A stretch of DNA of 62,784 bases, counting the filler, from Nemertoderma westbladi (taxonomy: Eukaryota; Animalia; Xenacoelomorpha), in the NCBI GenBank assembly GCA_032718475.1. It is 4 parts of 4 records of this genome, joined end to end, with 100 filler letters (N's around TTAATTAATTAA, not from the genome) between each part and the next. Parts side by side here need not be neighbours in the genome. Positions count along the whole stretch, not along the records: positions 32,821 to 47,070 come from JAUCBJ010002379.1; positions 47,171 to 62,784 come from JAUCBJ010001831.1; 2 more parts are not named here. One strand, written 5' to 3'. Below are positions 34,747-47,172 of the stretch, piece by piece (position 1 is the stretch's first letter; each line of letters begins with the position of its first letter). The position numbers and the translations under genes are program-made. The notes under the pieces were generated by a model. It was not told the DNA's origin, made no database searches, and saw nothing but the letters and a program-made list of their open reading frames with translations.

Positions 34747-36081
34747 AATTGTAATGTACTTGTAATGTACTTGTAATGTACTGTACTTGTAATGTACTGT
34801 AATTGTAATGTACTGTACTTGTAATGTACTGTAATTGTACTGTACTTGTAATGTACTGTAATTGTAATGTACTTGTAATGTACTGTAATTGTAATGTACT
34901 TGTAATGTACTGTAATTGTAATGTACTTATAATGTACTGTAATTGTAATGTACTTGTAATGTACTGTAATTGTAATGTACTTGTAATGTAATTGTAATGT
35001 ACTTGTAATGTACTTGTAATGTAATTGTAATGTACTGTATTTGTAATTTACTTGTAATGTAATTGTAATGTACTTGTAATGTAATTGTAATGGACTTGTA
35101 ATGTAATTGTAATGTACTTGTAATGGACTTGTAATGTAATTGTAATGGACTTGTAATGTACTTGAAATGTAATTGTAATGTAATTGTAATGTACTTGTAA
35201 TGTAATTGTAATGTAATTGTAATGTACTTGTAATGTAATTGTAATGTACTTGTAATGTAATTGTAATGTAATTGTAATGTATTGTATTTGTAATGTACTT
35301 GTAATGTAATTGTAATGTACGTACTTGTAATGAATTGTAATGTACTTGTAATGTAATTGTAATGGACTTGTAATGTAATTGTAATGTACTTGTAATGTAA
35401 TTGTAATGGACTTGTAATGTACTTGTAATGTAATTGTAATGGACTTGTAATGTAATTGTAATGTACTTGTAATGGACTTGTAATGTACTGTACTTGTAAT
35501 GTACTGTAATTGTAATGTACTTGTAATGTACTGTAATTGTAATGTACTTGTAATGTACTGTAATTGTAATGTAATTGTAATGTACTGTAATTGTAATGTA
35601 CTTGTAATGTACTGTAATTGTAATGTACTTGTAATGTAATTGTAATGTACTTGTAATGTACTTGTAATGTAATTGTAATGTACTTGTAATGTACTTGTAA
35701 TGTAATTGTAATGTACTGTATTTGTAATTTACTTGTAATGTAATTGTAATGTACTTGTAATGTAATTGTAATGGACTTGTAATGTAATTGTAATGTAATT
35801 GTAATGGACTTGTAATGTAATTGTAATGTACTTGTAATGTACTTGTAATGTAATTGTAATGGACTTGTAATGTAATTGTAATGTACTTGTAATATAATTG
35901 TAATGGACTTGTAATGTAATTGTAATGTACTTGTAATGTAATTGTAATGTACTTGTGATGTAATTGTAATGTACTTGTGATGTAATTGTAATGTACGTAC
36001 TTGTAATGAATTGTAATGTACTTGTAATGTAATTGTAATGGACTTGTAATGTAATTGTAATGGACTTGTAATGTAATTGTA
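34747..36081. repeat. Compound simple satellite based on TGTAA (tgtaatgtact / tgtaatgtaat / tgtaatggact)
   Basis: About 1.3 kb of 5/6/11-bp units read directly. Confidence 0.97.
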
Positions 36082-37804
36082 GGCCTAATCTAAGAGTTAG
36101 ACTTTAGAAGTTTAATACTAATGTACCGCTGGTATCTATTTGTAAATCTGGCCACCTCCTATTTCCTGCACTTTTTCTAGTCTTCTCATCATTTCTGCAT
36201 AGGATCTCTGAAGATTTGCTTTCGGTATTCCGTCCATAATATATAAATATAAGTGAGAATTGGTCATAAAATACAACATAAAAATTAATAATAAAATTTA
36301 TTACACATATGCTACTAGTACCGGATTCAATCGGTTGGCAATAAACTAAGTTCGTAATATATAGAAATCGCACGGTGTCAGTGGTGGTCAGCGGTGGTCA
36401 TCACTGGTCCATCTCTGCCAATCCACTGTCCGTTAAAATGACAGTCCAAATAATTCCTAACGATAAGTCCCCAGTGTGGCGGTGCTCCATCTTGCAGCTT
36501 GCAGGAACACAATATCGCTATGATGGATTCCTGAACAAAAAATGAAGATATCATATATAAATAACTGGTACTTGTAACAGATTACACCAAGTTAACTTCA
36601 ATATCTATTTTTACCTAGATGTATGGATGATTATTTTGAAGACGATCTAACTGTTTTCGTCTGTTTTCCCTACATTCCAACTGTTTTCGTTTGTTTTCGC
36701 CTGTTTTCGACTGTTCTCACAATCTAGTACTATCCCTCTTAGGGTCAAAAATGGGGCGAAATTATCAGATTTTATTAATTAAAAACTGTCAAGTGTGCTT
36801 TCTACTGTAATAATACTGATCTCACTGGAAAGCGAGATTTTATTTAAAGTTTTACAATTTTCAAATATTTTCGTTAATAGTTTCGTCTTTTTCGTTTTTT
36901 TTCGGGTTTTATAACTCCGGCTAGGGCAGTTTTCGTTCCGGAACATACTAAAGACCATAAAGGGACCTGCCAAGGCGCATCTCTGTCTTCCATAAATGCT
37001 AGCTGGCGGAAAATTCTGACTTCATGGTAAAAACCACGGTGTGTTGAACTAGTTGTGTTTCAAATTTATAAATATAATGATGCAATATGATATAGATTTG
37101 TAGAAAAATTGGGGGGGGGGTCCGTGTCATCAGAAAATGACACTACTCTATATTGCGGGTCATGGTGTCATTATTGGGTTGGTGTAATTACCTGTCTTAT
37201 TCCGATAATTTCAATGGTAATAAGACTATGTTAAAATGCACGGACTAATTTCTATAAAATGAAAAATACGTAATAAAATTTCCTCTTATTGAATAATGAA
37301 AACCAGTTACCCTCATAAATATAAAAAATCCGTCATTTTTATTTAAAAATTTCATTTTTTCTTGCCATTTTGATACCAATATTATGCTAATTAGATGACC
37401 TTTTATATTTAACGTAAGTGTTGCATCAATGGTGGAATTGCCCAATATATTTATTTCTGCATACATCAGATTTTGCACTTTTACGACTGTAAATAGAAAA
37501 AAATAAGATTTCAGGGACTTTCGACGAGATGCAATCAAAATTCACCCCTCTCCAGGGGAAATCGACGCAAATAACAGCTAATTACTCACAAAAATAAAAC
37601 TATGCAAGATATTAATTCGCCGAGATGGGATTTGGGTCTAGTCACCCCGCCCCCCCCCCCCCGTCTTCTCCGCCCAGTGCACTAGATAAAGATATCTGAG
37701 TTAATTGGCATATCCAGTACAATTACAAAAAAATTACATTCAAAATATGTATACAGTAGTTTTATTAGGAACAATTTATAAGCAGAGAGTAAATTATTAT
37801 AAAA

Positions 37805-38766
37805 TTACAAGTCTTTGGTTAGTTGATGGATCGAAGTATTATCATCTTCTTCTCCTAAATTTTGTGTAGATCCGTTGTCTCTCACCACCGACGCGCTTAG
37901 CGCACTGCTCCCTTCGTGTAGAGCTATGACACTACGTCTAGGCCCGGACCAGCCTCCCGACCACCCGCCCATACTCAGGATACTCTTCTGTATACTCAAT
38001 GGTATCGAGGGCCCTATCCAGCTGAGAATCACCGGGAGAAAGAACAGGGCCCATCCCGCCCCGAATACGTTGACAAGGAGCAATGTCTTGAAGAAGGACT
38101 CAAAGGTGAATGAATTGCTATTGGCTAGGACTATAATACCTAGGATAGAACTGAGTGCGGAATTCCAGACAGGTACTCCAGATTTCTCGAGGCCTAACAT
38201 CATCCGCCCATTCCGACTGTCCGCTTTAGTTGTCATAAACGAATGACAAATGTGTGATGTGTAATCAATGGTAAATCCAAGAGCTAGGATAATCTGAATC
38301 ATAGTGATTCCATTAAGAGATAAGTTCCAGTAATGCATGAACCCAATGACGCAGGTTATGATACATCCTGTAGTAAAAATAGCAATGACGGTAGAAGCAG
38401 GATGAGGGATAAAGATTACTCCCATAAATGCCATGGCAATAAATGCGTAGCCAATAGCCTGTAAAACAGTTTCGTATACGACAGCGAATTGCTCATAGTT
38501 TTGGAACATAAGATTGTGAATCAGCACCGGCAACCCCTTTTCCCTGTAACGATCGGCGACTTCACGAACTTGCGTCATCATATCGACTCTACTAGTGGAA
38601 CTGAATAACGCAGTTGGTTTAAGGTAAATACGAGAACTCGTAATTTCATGCGTAATATTCATGTGATCTTTGCGAACATTGATGTCATCTCGAAATGAGG
38701 GAATATCACGGGTCAGTTTAGCAATTTGTTCAAGAAACTTGTCCTTGTTTGATGCTATTTCACCAT
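37805..38766 (-). CDS. Patched-related (PTCHD3-like) gene, exon 3 (last)
   Basis: Acceptor tttag|AT at 38766, phase 1, in frame with ORF 37805-38662; GFTIDYTSH (TM10), FESFFK and LFFLPVILS motifs. Confidence 0.9.
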
Positions 38767-39617
38767 CTAAAGGTTAAATGAGAAAGTAAAAATATACAAT
38801 TATACAGAATAATATATTGTGTAAGATAGTACTGTAATATTGAGGGATTGTAACTTATTTAATCGATAAAATAATATTTGAATGATATATTTCACCTAAT
38901 TAATAGTTTATCCAAAGTAATTGTAAACGTAATCAAATCTATCACAATTTGAAAACTTACTTTTTAAAATAAACTTTGTTAAATTATTTCTCCAAACGGT
39001 ATATGCCTATTGGTTTAAGCCACTTTCATTTAACAATAATTCATTACAGCGCACATTGTTGGTTATTTTCAATCCTACTGTATAAACAGCTATATATTTA
39101 AAGGTAATAATATTCCACTGAGCTGGGTTAGCTCAGTGGACGAGCTATCACACGGTTTGAGGACAGGTCCCTGATTCGAATCATAGTCCCAGGGTTATTT
39201 TTTCAAAACTTTTTCCACAGGTCCATATCAATATGATTTTATTTGAACTTTTCCAGTAGGTGTGACAGTGCCTTGAACACCGTTAATAAAGGTAATATAG
39301 TTTATATACGCCCTCAGTTTCTGAGTAATGCAGGCAGTATAAAGTTGCAGTTTTTTTAAATGTCCCGATAAAGAGAAACAATAGTTGGATGTGGAAAATT
39401 TAGGTAAAACCATATCCTGTACTATAGAAAATAGAAGTTTGTTTAAGAATAAAATAAAATAAAAGTAGTTACTTAATTAAAAATGTGATAGGGAACCATC
39501 ACAAAAATTACTGAAGTTTATTCTTATTGGTTTTTCTGACGGGTTACGACTCGGCATTTCGCAGATTGAAATAGCGTAATTCTATACATTACGGGAGGCA
39601 ATGTAGGTTATACTTAC

Positions 39618-41444
39618 CACTGCGTTGCGACATTGCAGAAAGCCACGACAATTCAAATGTATCGTCAACATAATCAAGACCTTTGGTATCATCGATGAAG
39701 TTATTAATTAGCTCCATTTTCGTGGGTTCCCAGTAAGCATACGGCTCATCAAACACGACCATTAACAGTGGATGATTGTGGGAATACAACTCCTCTTCCG
39801 TAATAATATATTTCATAAAATATGAATCTGGTTGAACTACCATTTTCATATTGAAATTCTCTTCGAGTTGGAATGCTCCCAAAGTTGCAACAATCAAGAG
39901 ACTTATAAATGTTAAGACAATAGCAATTTTCATCGGCCCTTTAAGAACGAACCGCGGTAAGAACCATCGTGGGAACCTCTCAAGCCAACTATCATCGTCC
40001 CACGAAGACACTGAAGAATCTCCTGCACAACACAATATGTGGCATCGATTATGCCCTTTGTCTTCCAGTTCTCTACGGGTTTCCACTCGTCGCCACGTGC
40101 ACATATGCTGGCCGGAGTAGACCCTGCGTGTGTGGATGGCCAACGCACCACCGAAGAGCATGATCTGGTTGAAGAAACACATAATACAAGCGAAAGAGAT
40201 GTAAAAACAAAAGAGCGAAACCGATGGAAACACTGAAATATATCCAATAAAGAAAGCAACAAGATCCGTGAGCGATACCACTGTAATGCTAACTGCAGAT
40301 TCTTTGAAAGCCCCCGCCATTTGCAACTCGGCCATGCGTTGAGGACCGGTAACTTTCCAACCAGCCAGCAAGATAAACATACCATCGACCCCAGTGCCAA
40401 TAACCAGATAGGGCATGGCACCCAATATAGCCGTCCCCTTCTTGCCCAATAACGAACCAATGCCCATGGCGGATATGACTGATAGTACAGCCGCAATTAC
40501 ACCGGCGTTTGAGAGAAATGTTCGCGTGGTGAGACAGTTCCCACCCATATTCACCATCATTGAGTAGAAACACATTATTAAAACAGCCACGATACACTTA
40601 AGCATATCACTCGAGCTCAATATACTCTTTCCGACACTCTCATGGATCACAGACGTCGTCGTAGAAAATGTGTAATTCAACTTCGATAAGCCTATCTCAC
40701 GCGCAGTTTTAGATTCCGGATTTTTCATAAATTCTGTAAAGACTTGTTCCCAAATCGCGCTCGCAACTCGACTGTCTTTACCAATTTTCTTTGAAAGCGC
40801 GAGGTCTACATATGTAAGGTTTACATTTTTTAGCAGAGGAAAGTCTTGTTGAAGTTGATCTACATTCAACATCCATCGAATGTTCATAGCCTCGGCAGAC
40901 AGAACAAACTCTGTGGGTTTCGCTTCAGATGGAGGATAGTATATTTTGTTCGCGTTAAGAACAGCATCCGAGGGATCATATGTAAAATCAGATTCACTGA
41001 ATTTGGAATGAGGATTTAGGGCTTTCCATTCATCCAGAGAACCATATCTAACATTCCCGAAGAATGACGGAACATCAATAAAGAGCACATCGTTTCTGAT
41101 CTCCAGTGGAGGACACACAGTATCAATAGGTGAGACGGTTGTAAAATAATACGCTCGACCTTTTGGTATGGGTTTCAATGTTGGGTCACCGTTAGGGTAG
41201 TATTCGAGCAGCGATGTTACAACGCATCTACCGTCACGGCGCGCACAAACATTGCAATAATTGAGACTATTGGAACCAGGGAATGATAGGCCCTTGTACA
41301 CGGCGACGATTACATTACTGAGTGTATTTAGCACAACAGGGTTTAGGATGTTTTGTTTTTGATAAACAATGACGTCAGCGTAGTTGACGTGCATCACTGA
41401 TTGGTGGATGTAGAAAGAGTAAGTTGCGGTGCTGGGAAACAATC
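39618..41444 (-). CDS. Patched-related (PTCHD3-like) gene, exon 2, containing the sterol-sensing domain
   Basis: Acceptor ttttag|GA at 41444 and donor G|gtaagt at 39618, both phase 1; PYLVIGTGVDGMFIL, SITVVSLTDLVAF and FPSVSLFC. Confidence 0.92.
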
Positions 41445-41561
41445 CTAAAATACAATAAAAATCGGTATTAATTTATTAGTTCATAAAAAATATACCTATG
41501 ATAATATCCTACAGTACATTCATGGGTGCACTACTAATATTACTGTATAATTGTATATGTA

Positions 41562-41687
41562 TAGTGTTTAAACGGGATCCCGATCCCGAAAAAACCGGGA
41601 TCCCGTTCCCGAAAAACGGTATCCCGAGAGTGATAATCCCGGCCCCGATCCCGGAAATCCCGAAAAGTCTGATCCCGTTTAAAACTA
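41562..41687. mobile_element. Small hAT-like MITE in intron 1
   Basis: TIRs tagtgtttaaacgggatc / gatcccgtttaaaacta; internal atcccg repeats; imperfect flanking duplication atatg(t/a)a. Confidence 0.7.
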
Positions 41688-41735
41688 ATATGAACCCATT
41701 TTTTTACCCAATTTTTTACTAGCTGGTAAAAAGGG

Positions 41736-42489
41736 CACTAGTGTGTTATAGGCCTAGCTACAACCCCCCCCCCCAAATTTTTATTACTAGCTAGTTTTTG
41801 CTATTTCTATTTTTTGAAATGTTCTAGAACATGAAATACATTTGTAAAAAAATAATAAAATTTTCTAGAACAAATATTTTTTGTTCTAGAACAATATTAA
41901 AAAAAATTAAAAAAATTAATGTACTATTTTTCTTTTTTAATAATGTTCTAGAACATGTTAGCTATTAGCTATTGGGGGGGTTAGCTAGTATTTTTTTAAT
42001 AGCTAATTAAAATTAAAAATTCACTGTATTGAGGTCATTATATTCAGAAATTAATGATAATTACATAGATAAATTAATGATTAATGCTTAGAATACATAT
42101 ACTGTGTAATATTTATTATTTAGCAGACGTCGCGCAGCGGGTAATATTTTCTAATCAAATGCAATAGATCAGAAAATGGATTTTCTTTGTGTAACATCTT
42201 CCACCTAAACTCTGCTAGCTGTTGGGCGAAAGTTAACCTCTTGATACCTATGCTTCGCCTTAGAATGTGGAGTTTGGCGTGGCGGCACTAGAGTAATAAA
42301 AAATAAAATTTGTATGATTTTTTAATTTTTTGTTCTAGAACAAAAAATATTTGTTCTAGAACATTTATTATTTTTTTTCAAATGTATTTCATGTTCTAGA
42401 ACAAAAAAAGAAATAGCAAAAACTACAGTAGCTAGTAATAAAAATTTGGGGGGGGGGGGGTGTGTAGCTATAGGCCTAACACACTACTG
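41736..42489. mobile_element. Long-TIR non-autonomous element in intron 1
   Basis: About 41736-41895 is the reverse complement of about 42330-42489; many tgttctagaaca palindromes. Confidence 0.8.
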
Positions 42490-42694
42490 TAGTACCGTAA
42501 AAAGTACTAGCAAACATAAAATAAAAAAATGAATAGCGCTACCGCTTACTGTCAGAAGGTTAAAATTGTGTTCTAGAACAAAAACCCATGTAAAGGTCTA
42601 GCCTTATGGTCAAAATTACAGTATTGGTAAAAAATAAGGTAGGCCTACACATAATATAGTACCTAATGCCCCACGCGGTTACAATAGGGCCTAC

Positions 42695-42944
42695 CTGATA
42701 TTAATTTGGTTTCCTTGAGGGTTCGACTGCCCCTCGGTGTGTACAAGGTTTCGGTGTCGTTGTCGACTTCGAACAGAAGCATACAGGCCACTCCCAGAGT
42801 AATATTTATCGCCAGACATGACGTTATGCACACCCATGGACTGCGACCCACAAATCTCCCAATGCAATAGAATCGGCGGCTGAAAAATTTATCAACGGCA
42901 AAAAAGCATTTGTTTATAAAATTAATATCGCAGTCGCAGTTCAT
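42695..42944 (-). CDS. Patched-related (PTCHD3-like) gene, exon 1
   Basis: FY.IGRFVGRSPW, TM1 and ETLYTPRGS, typical of the Patched-related N-terminus; donor G|gtagg at 42695. Exons of 250+1827+962 = 3039 nt give 1012 aa in one frame. Confidence 0.88.
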
Positions 42945-44491
42945 TTTCTTTGGATATCGGTATATCGGATATCGGTATATCGGATATCGGTATGGGCTTA
43001 CCGAACCGACGGAAGATATACAAGTTAATTAATATTTACCAAGTTCAAATAAATTACAGTATATAGGAATGTTCTGGAATATATATCTCGTTTTACCTTG
43101 GTAGTTGGTTATATAATATTAATACTGGCATAGTTTAAAAAAAGTAAAGGAATTTGTGTAGTATTGTCATTGTGCAGTCATCATGAGTTTTCAACTTTCA
43201 AATAGCGCAGCGCAGCGTGTGAGGTTTACACAAATAATCAAGGGTCTTTAACGCTGAAAAGTGACCTTTGCAAGCAATGATGTATGTAATTTTGTTATAT
43301 TATCTCAACTTATCAGCGTTCTGTATGTGAAGAAAGGATTTTATGGATACTCATTTATACATTTTAATCATGTACTAAATATATCGAATATAAGTGAAAT
43401 GTATTAACAGATAGGCCTACACAGTATTAATTATACATTTAAATCTAATTAAAGTTTATTGGAAGTTATCTCCTATATGGATGTGATAAATCATTAATCC
43501 ATCTTGACTATAGTCGACTGAAGCAAACTGAGTCACCGTCTGTGTCCGTTCAGTTTTACTGAACACTGTCGCCATTTTCTTTGAAATGAAAAAAAAATAT
43601 ATTTGTTCCCGAAAAAAATAAAAAGCCAATTTATGTGTATCACTTACTTCTCACATTCTCTGTAATCTTATTGGTCCAAAAACATCCTTGGCCGTCGGCC
43701 TCGGTAGTTATACGGGAATATATCCACCTGAAGCAAAATAGGCACTAGTCAGTTTGTCTGTCTGTCTGTCTCCTTACATTTGACGGTCAGACCGCAAGAC
43801 AGTGATAACTGGAGAACTAAAAATTGTCTCATTTACCGATAGCCATGTACAGTAGTTAGTTAGGATGTAAAATCATTTAGTTTATGGAGTAACTCATTAC
43901 TTTTTGGCACAAGTCTTTAATTTATTAACTAATATTTCGTAAATATATTACCTAAAATTGTAGAAATGAAAAGACCTGTTCCGTGCGAATTCGAAAGTGA
44001 CAGTTATTGTGTTCAAAAATCATATAACCAGTCAGTTAGCCTTTTAGTCACTAGTAGGAAATTTGGCAGTATTATGACGGGACATTGGAATATATTACTT
44101 ATAATTGATTCATTGGATTGGCTACTGAATATTGCACAATAAGTTGTAAGCTATAGGGTTAAATACACAAACAAGTGCTAACAACTGAACGTATTGTGTT
44201 CACATGTTGAAATGTACAAACAATGTTAGGAACATTGTTCAGTCATCTTAGCAGTTGAAGCATTAGTCCCATACAGTCTCATGTATTATCTACAATCTCT
44301 GTGATCCATGAATGGATGGAATATGTGATGTATGTTGTTTGTGGGGAAAGGGGGGGGGGGGGGGGGGGGGGGGGTCGATTGTAAATCAACTTCAACGCTT
44401 TATCCATTTGCCTTGCACTTCCACCAAAAACCAAAGAAAGCAGTTTGCAGAGCGCTGATAAACTATTATGAGAATTAGAGAATTTTGAGAA

Positions 44492-46333
44492 TTATGAGTA
44501 TTTTCGGCTCCCAGTTACTTTCCTTGATTGACATCCATTAAGCCTGACGCTGGTCAAAAGCTTCACAACACCGAAAATCAAATACAAGAATATATTAAGA
44601 CACATAACAATGACGTAATGACTGATTGTCATACCAATATCTAACCAAGAACCATAATCACGGACCATAAGAAAAAAATTAATAGCCATGACGTCACTAA
44701 TAACAAGTACTAAGAGGACCAATGAGGAGCGAGCAATGGACAGAGACGCGTGAATGGCGTGGAAAAATAGAGTAACGAAGAGTAATGGAGTTAACATCTT
44801 AAAGACCATCAGGAATGCCATGGTGAAGGGACTGAACACTGTTACGAAACAGTATACAGAACGGGGGTCGTAGGTGTTGACACTGGCGATGTTACCGGTG
44901 CCATAGAAACCGAGGAGCAGTAGAAATACGAAGAATAGAGCGCGTCGAAGGGAGTCGAGATTGGTTGAGATTGAACCGAATGCCGTGGACGCCACGGAGA
45001 AATCGATGCGAATAAGACGGTTGAGGGTTGACGACGTGCTCAAAGATGTTTCCAACATCAACCACAAAGTCATGTAGACCACCAAGGAGACTAGAAAGAG
45101 GCCTTCGTGAGCCGTCGTGAATAGGAGGTAGAGGCTGACGAGGGAAAGACAGAGGGAGGGAAGACGAACAATGAGATGAGTATCCGAGAACAAAGGCAAA
45201 ATAAACGCAGTAGGGAGTAACAGCCAACTGAACAACTGATTGACAAGGGGCAGCCCTTCTTTACGGTTAATACTAATTGCAGTCGTCAGGACGACAGCCA
45301 ATGAGAGACACAGAATAACTAATTGAGATACAAGCAGTCTAAAGGATGAGGCGGAAATGTTGAACTTTCGCAGCTGCGACACGCCGATACAACCGAGGAG
45401 AATCGCTAGCGCTCCCGCTAAACCTACTAGGTAGTAGTTGCTATCCCGTTGAACCACAGGAAGCAGAGGAAACACCAACATGCAGGTTGAAACACCGAAC
45501 CAACTGATTAAAAGCAATCGGTTAACCGCCGAGCGGTTGGTTGTTAATGCGGGCCAAACTGCGGCGAATACGACGCCGAAACACAGAAGTTCGCGGTAAA
45601 AGAAGACGCCGACAAGGAGTTGAACGCCGAGGAGACAGGAGATTATCGTGGAGGAGTTGCGAGGTTGTGTGACGAAGGCCCATACGGTGGACGCGATGAC
45701 GCCCTCCCTGGAGACCTGGAACCACAAACCCAGAGGCAGAAGGTAGTAGAGGTAGTAGGTTAACTTACTCCCGTTGGCGAATAGTACGATGGATGTCACC
45801 GCCGCAGCCAAGGAGAACACAATGTGGGAGAAGAATTTGTCGGTTTGTAATGAGGATTTAGGTGAGTAGACGATCGATTGTTTGGTTATCGTGCCGAGGA
45901 CGAGAGCGATCCAACCAGCGAAGCTGACGACGACGCAGACGCTGAGAGAGAGACGATCGTAGGTCTGGAAGTAGGCCAAACCTCGGATGGAGAGTTGGAT
46001 GAGTTGACGGGATTCCTCGATGGTTTGCGAGTGGAGGCGACGGGTTAAACCGGAGTCGATGCGTCGTAGACGATCCTCCACAACCGAGTCGGGTAACCCC
46101 GGAAACGGGTAGAACCTGTAGGACCACGTGGTATCGCGTTTTAGCGCCATCTTCCGTCGGTATTGGGCAACCAGTTGACGTGCGTTTGCTCGCATTGATT
46201 GGGCGAGGAATTCCTCTGTTGCGTTAATGTAGTCCAATGGGATAGTTCCAACGTTGTTTACCGGGATCGATAGGCCAATGAGAGTTGATATGAGAGAGGC
46301 GATATCCGCTTGCATGACGTCAATGCGACGGAA
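44492..46333 (-). CDS. PIGN: GPI ethanolamine phosphate transferase 1, last exon (partial gene)
   Basis: DVMQADIA.L...L.G..IP.N.VG..P, GL.YFQTYDR, FYGTGNIASVN, VFSPF.M..L...K and FF.MVRDYGSWLDIG..ISHYVI; acceptor tttacag|TTC at 46333. Upstream exons were not identified. Confidence 0.95.
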   Translation of the reverse strand, partial: FRRIDVMQADIASLISTLIGLSIPVNNVGTIPLDYINATEEFLAQSMRANARQLVAQYRRKMALKRDTTWSYRFYPFPGLPDSVVEDRLRRIDSGLTRRLHSQTIEESRQLIQLSIRGLAYFQTYDRLSLSVCVVVSFAGWIALVLGTITKQSIVYSPKSSLQTDKFFSHIVFSLAAAVTSIVLFANGSKLTYYLYYLLPLGLWFQVSREGVIASTVWAFVTQPRNSSTIISCLLGVQLLVGVFFYRELLCFGVVFAAVWPALTTNRSAVNRLLLISWFGVSTCMLVFPLLPVVQRDSNYYLVGLAGALAILLGCIGVSQLRKFNISASSFRLLVSQLVILCLSLAVVLTTAISINRKEGLPLVNQLFSWLLLPTAFILPLFSDTHLIVRLPSLCLSLVSLYLLFTTAHEGLFLVSLVVYMTLWLMLETSLSTSSTLNRLIRIDFSVASTAFGSISTNLDSLRRALFFVFLLLLGFYGTGNIASVNTYDPRSVYCFVTVFSPFTMAFLMVFKMLTPLLFVTLFFHAIHASLSIARSSLVLLVLVISDVMAINFFLMVRDYGSWLDIGMTISHYVIVMCLNIFLYLIFGVVKLLTSVRLNGCQSRKVTGSRKYS

Positions 46334-46806
46334 CTGTAAAAGTAAATAAACAATATAAAAGTAAATAAACAATATAAAAATAAAGGAGTCGGTTTCTCAA
46401 ACTATTGATCCAAAAATATCAGGACATTTTGAATAACAATTCGCAAAAACATATTAACCATAATCATAAAAACTACTAAAGTTACACCATAATCATATCA
46501 AGTACTACTTGCCAAGCCCTGAAGTAAATATATACTTTATTCATAAAAATTGCCTTTTTTAGAGAATTAAAGCGGAAGTTTCCGTATATTGTATTAATTT
46601 GATTTTTATATCCCGGCGAATAAGTGTTGAATAAGAATACAAATAAATAAATATAAAGTAATTTACTATATATTCCGCGTACTGAGTATTGACGGGAAGC
46701 AGGTGTACCGAGCAGTACGACGCTCCAGCTATGCTGTTCGGGCACGGTACACCTACCATCCGCCAATGTCAAGGGGCAAGCACTTCGTAAAATACCGGTC
46801 AACTCT

Positions 46807-46868
46807 TAGGGATGCGACAGAGCTCCGGCTCCGGCTCCGGATGAAATTTTAGCTCTGTCGCATCCCTA
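46807..46868. mobile_element. 62-bp hAT-like micro-MITE
   Basis: Perfect 18-bp TIR tagggatgcgacagagct / agctctgtcgcatcccta; imperfect TSD caactc(a)t. Confidence 0.8.
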
Positions 46869-47070
46869 CAACTCATGCAGCACATTGTTAACACCAGGTC
46901 ATCATTCAAAACATAATCGCGGTTATCAGAGCCGGGAGCATCAATAACGTTTCTCACTATCAAGAGCGGTTGGGAAAGAGGAGCTAACGTTGGTTTTCTC
47001 ATAAGACTTTAGTGGCGATGTCATTTCTAAGAAAATACGTTAGTTGTCATGTTTCACCCAATCGATCTAT

Positions 47071-47170
47071 NNNNNNNNNNNNNNNNNNNNNNNNNNNNNN
47101 NNNNNNNNNNNNNNTTAATTAATTAANNNNNNNNNNNNNNNNNNNNNNNNNNNNNNNNNNNNNNNNNNNN
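47071..47170. other. Assembly gap with artificial linker
   Basis: N run with central ttaattaattaa. Confidence 0.98.
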
Positions 47171-47172
47171 AC

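Noticed and set aside
44349-44374. Long G/C homopolymers (also about 503, 8497, 48840)
   Set aside because: Simple mononucleotide runs of unreliable length with no specific functional evidence.
46482-46802. Possible upstream PIGN exons
   Set aside because: No frame shows the expected phosphatase-domain motifs (for example TPLVAWGAG); splice sites could not be assigned.
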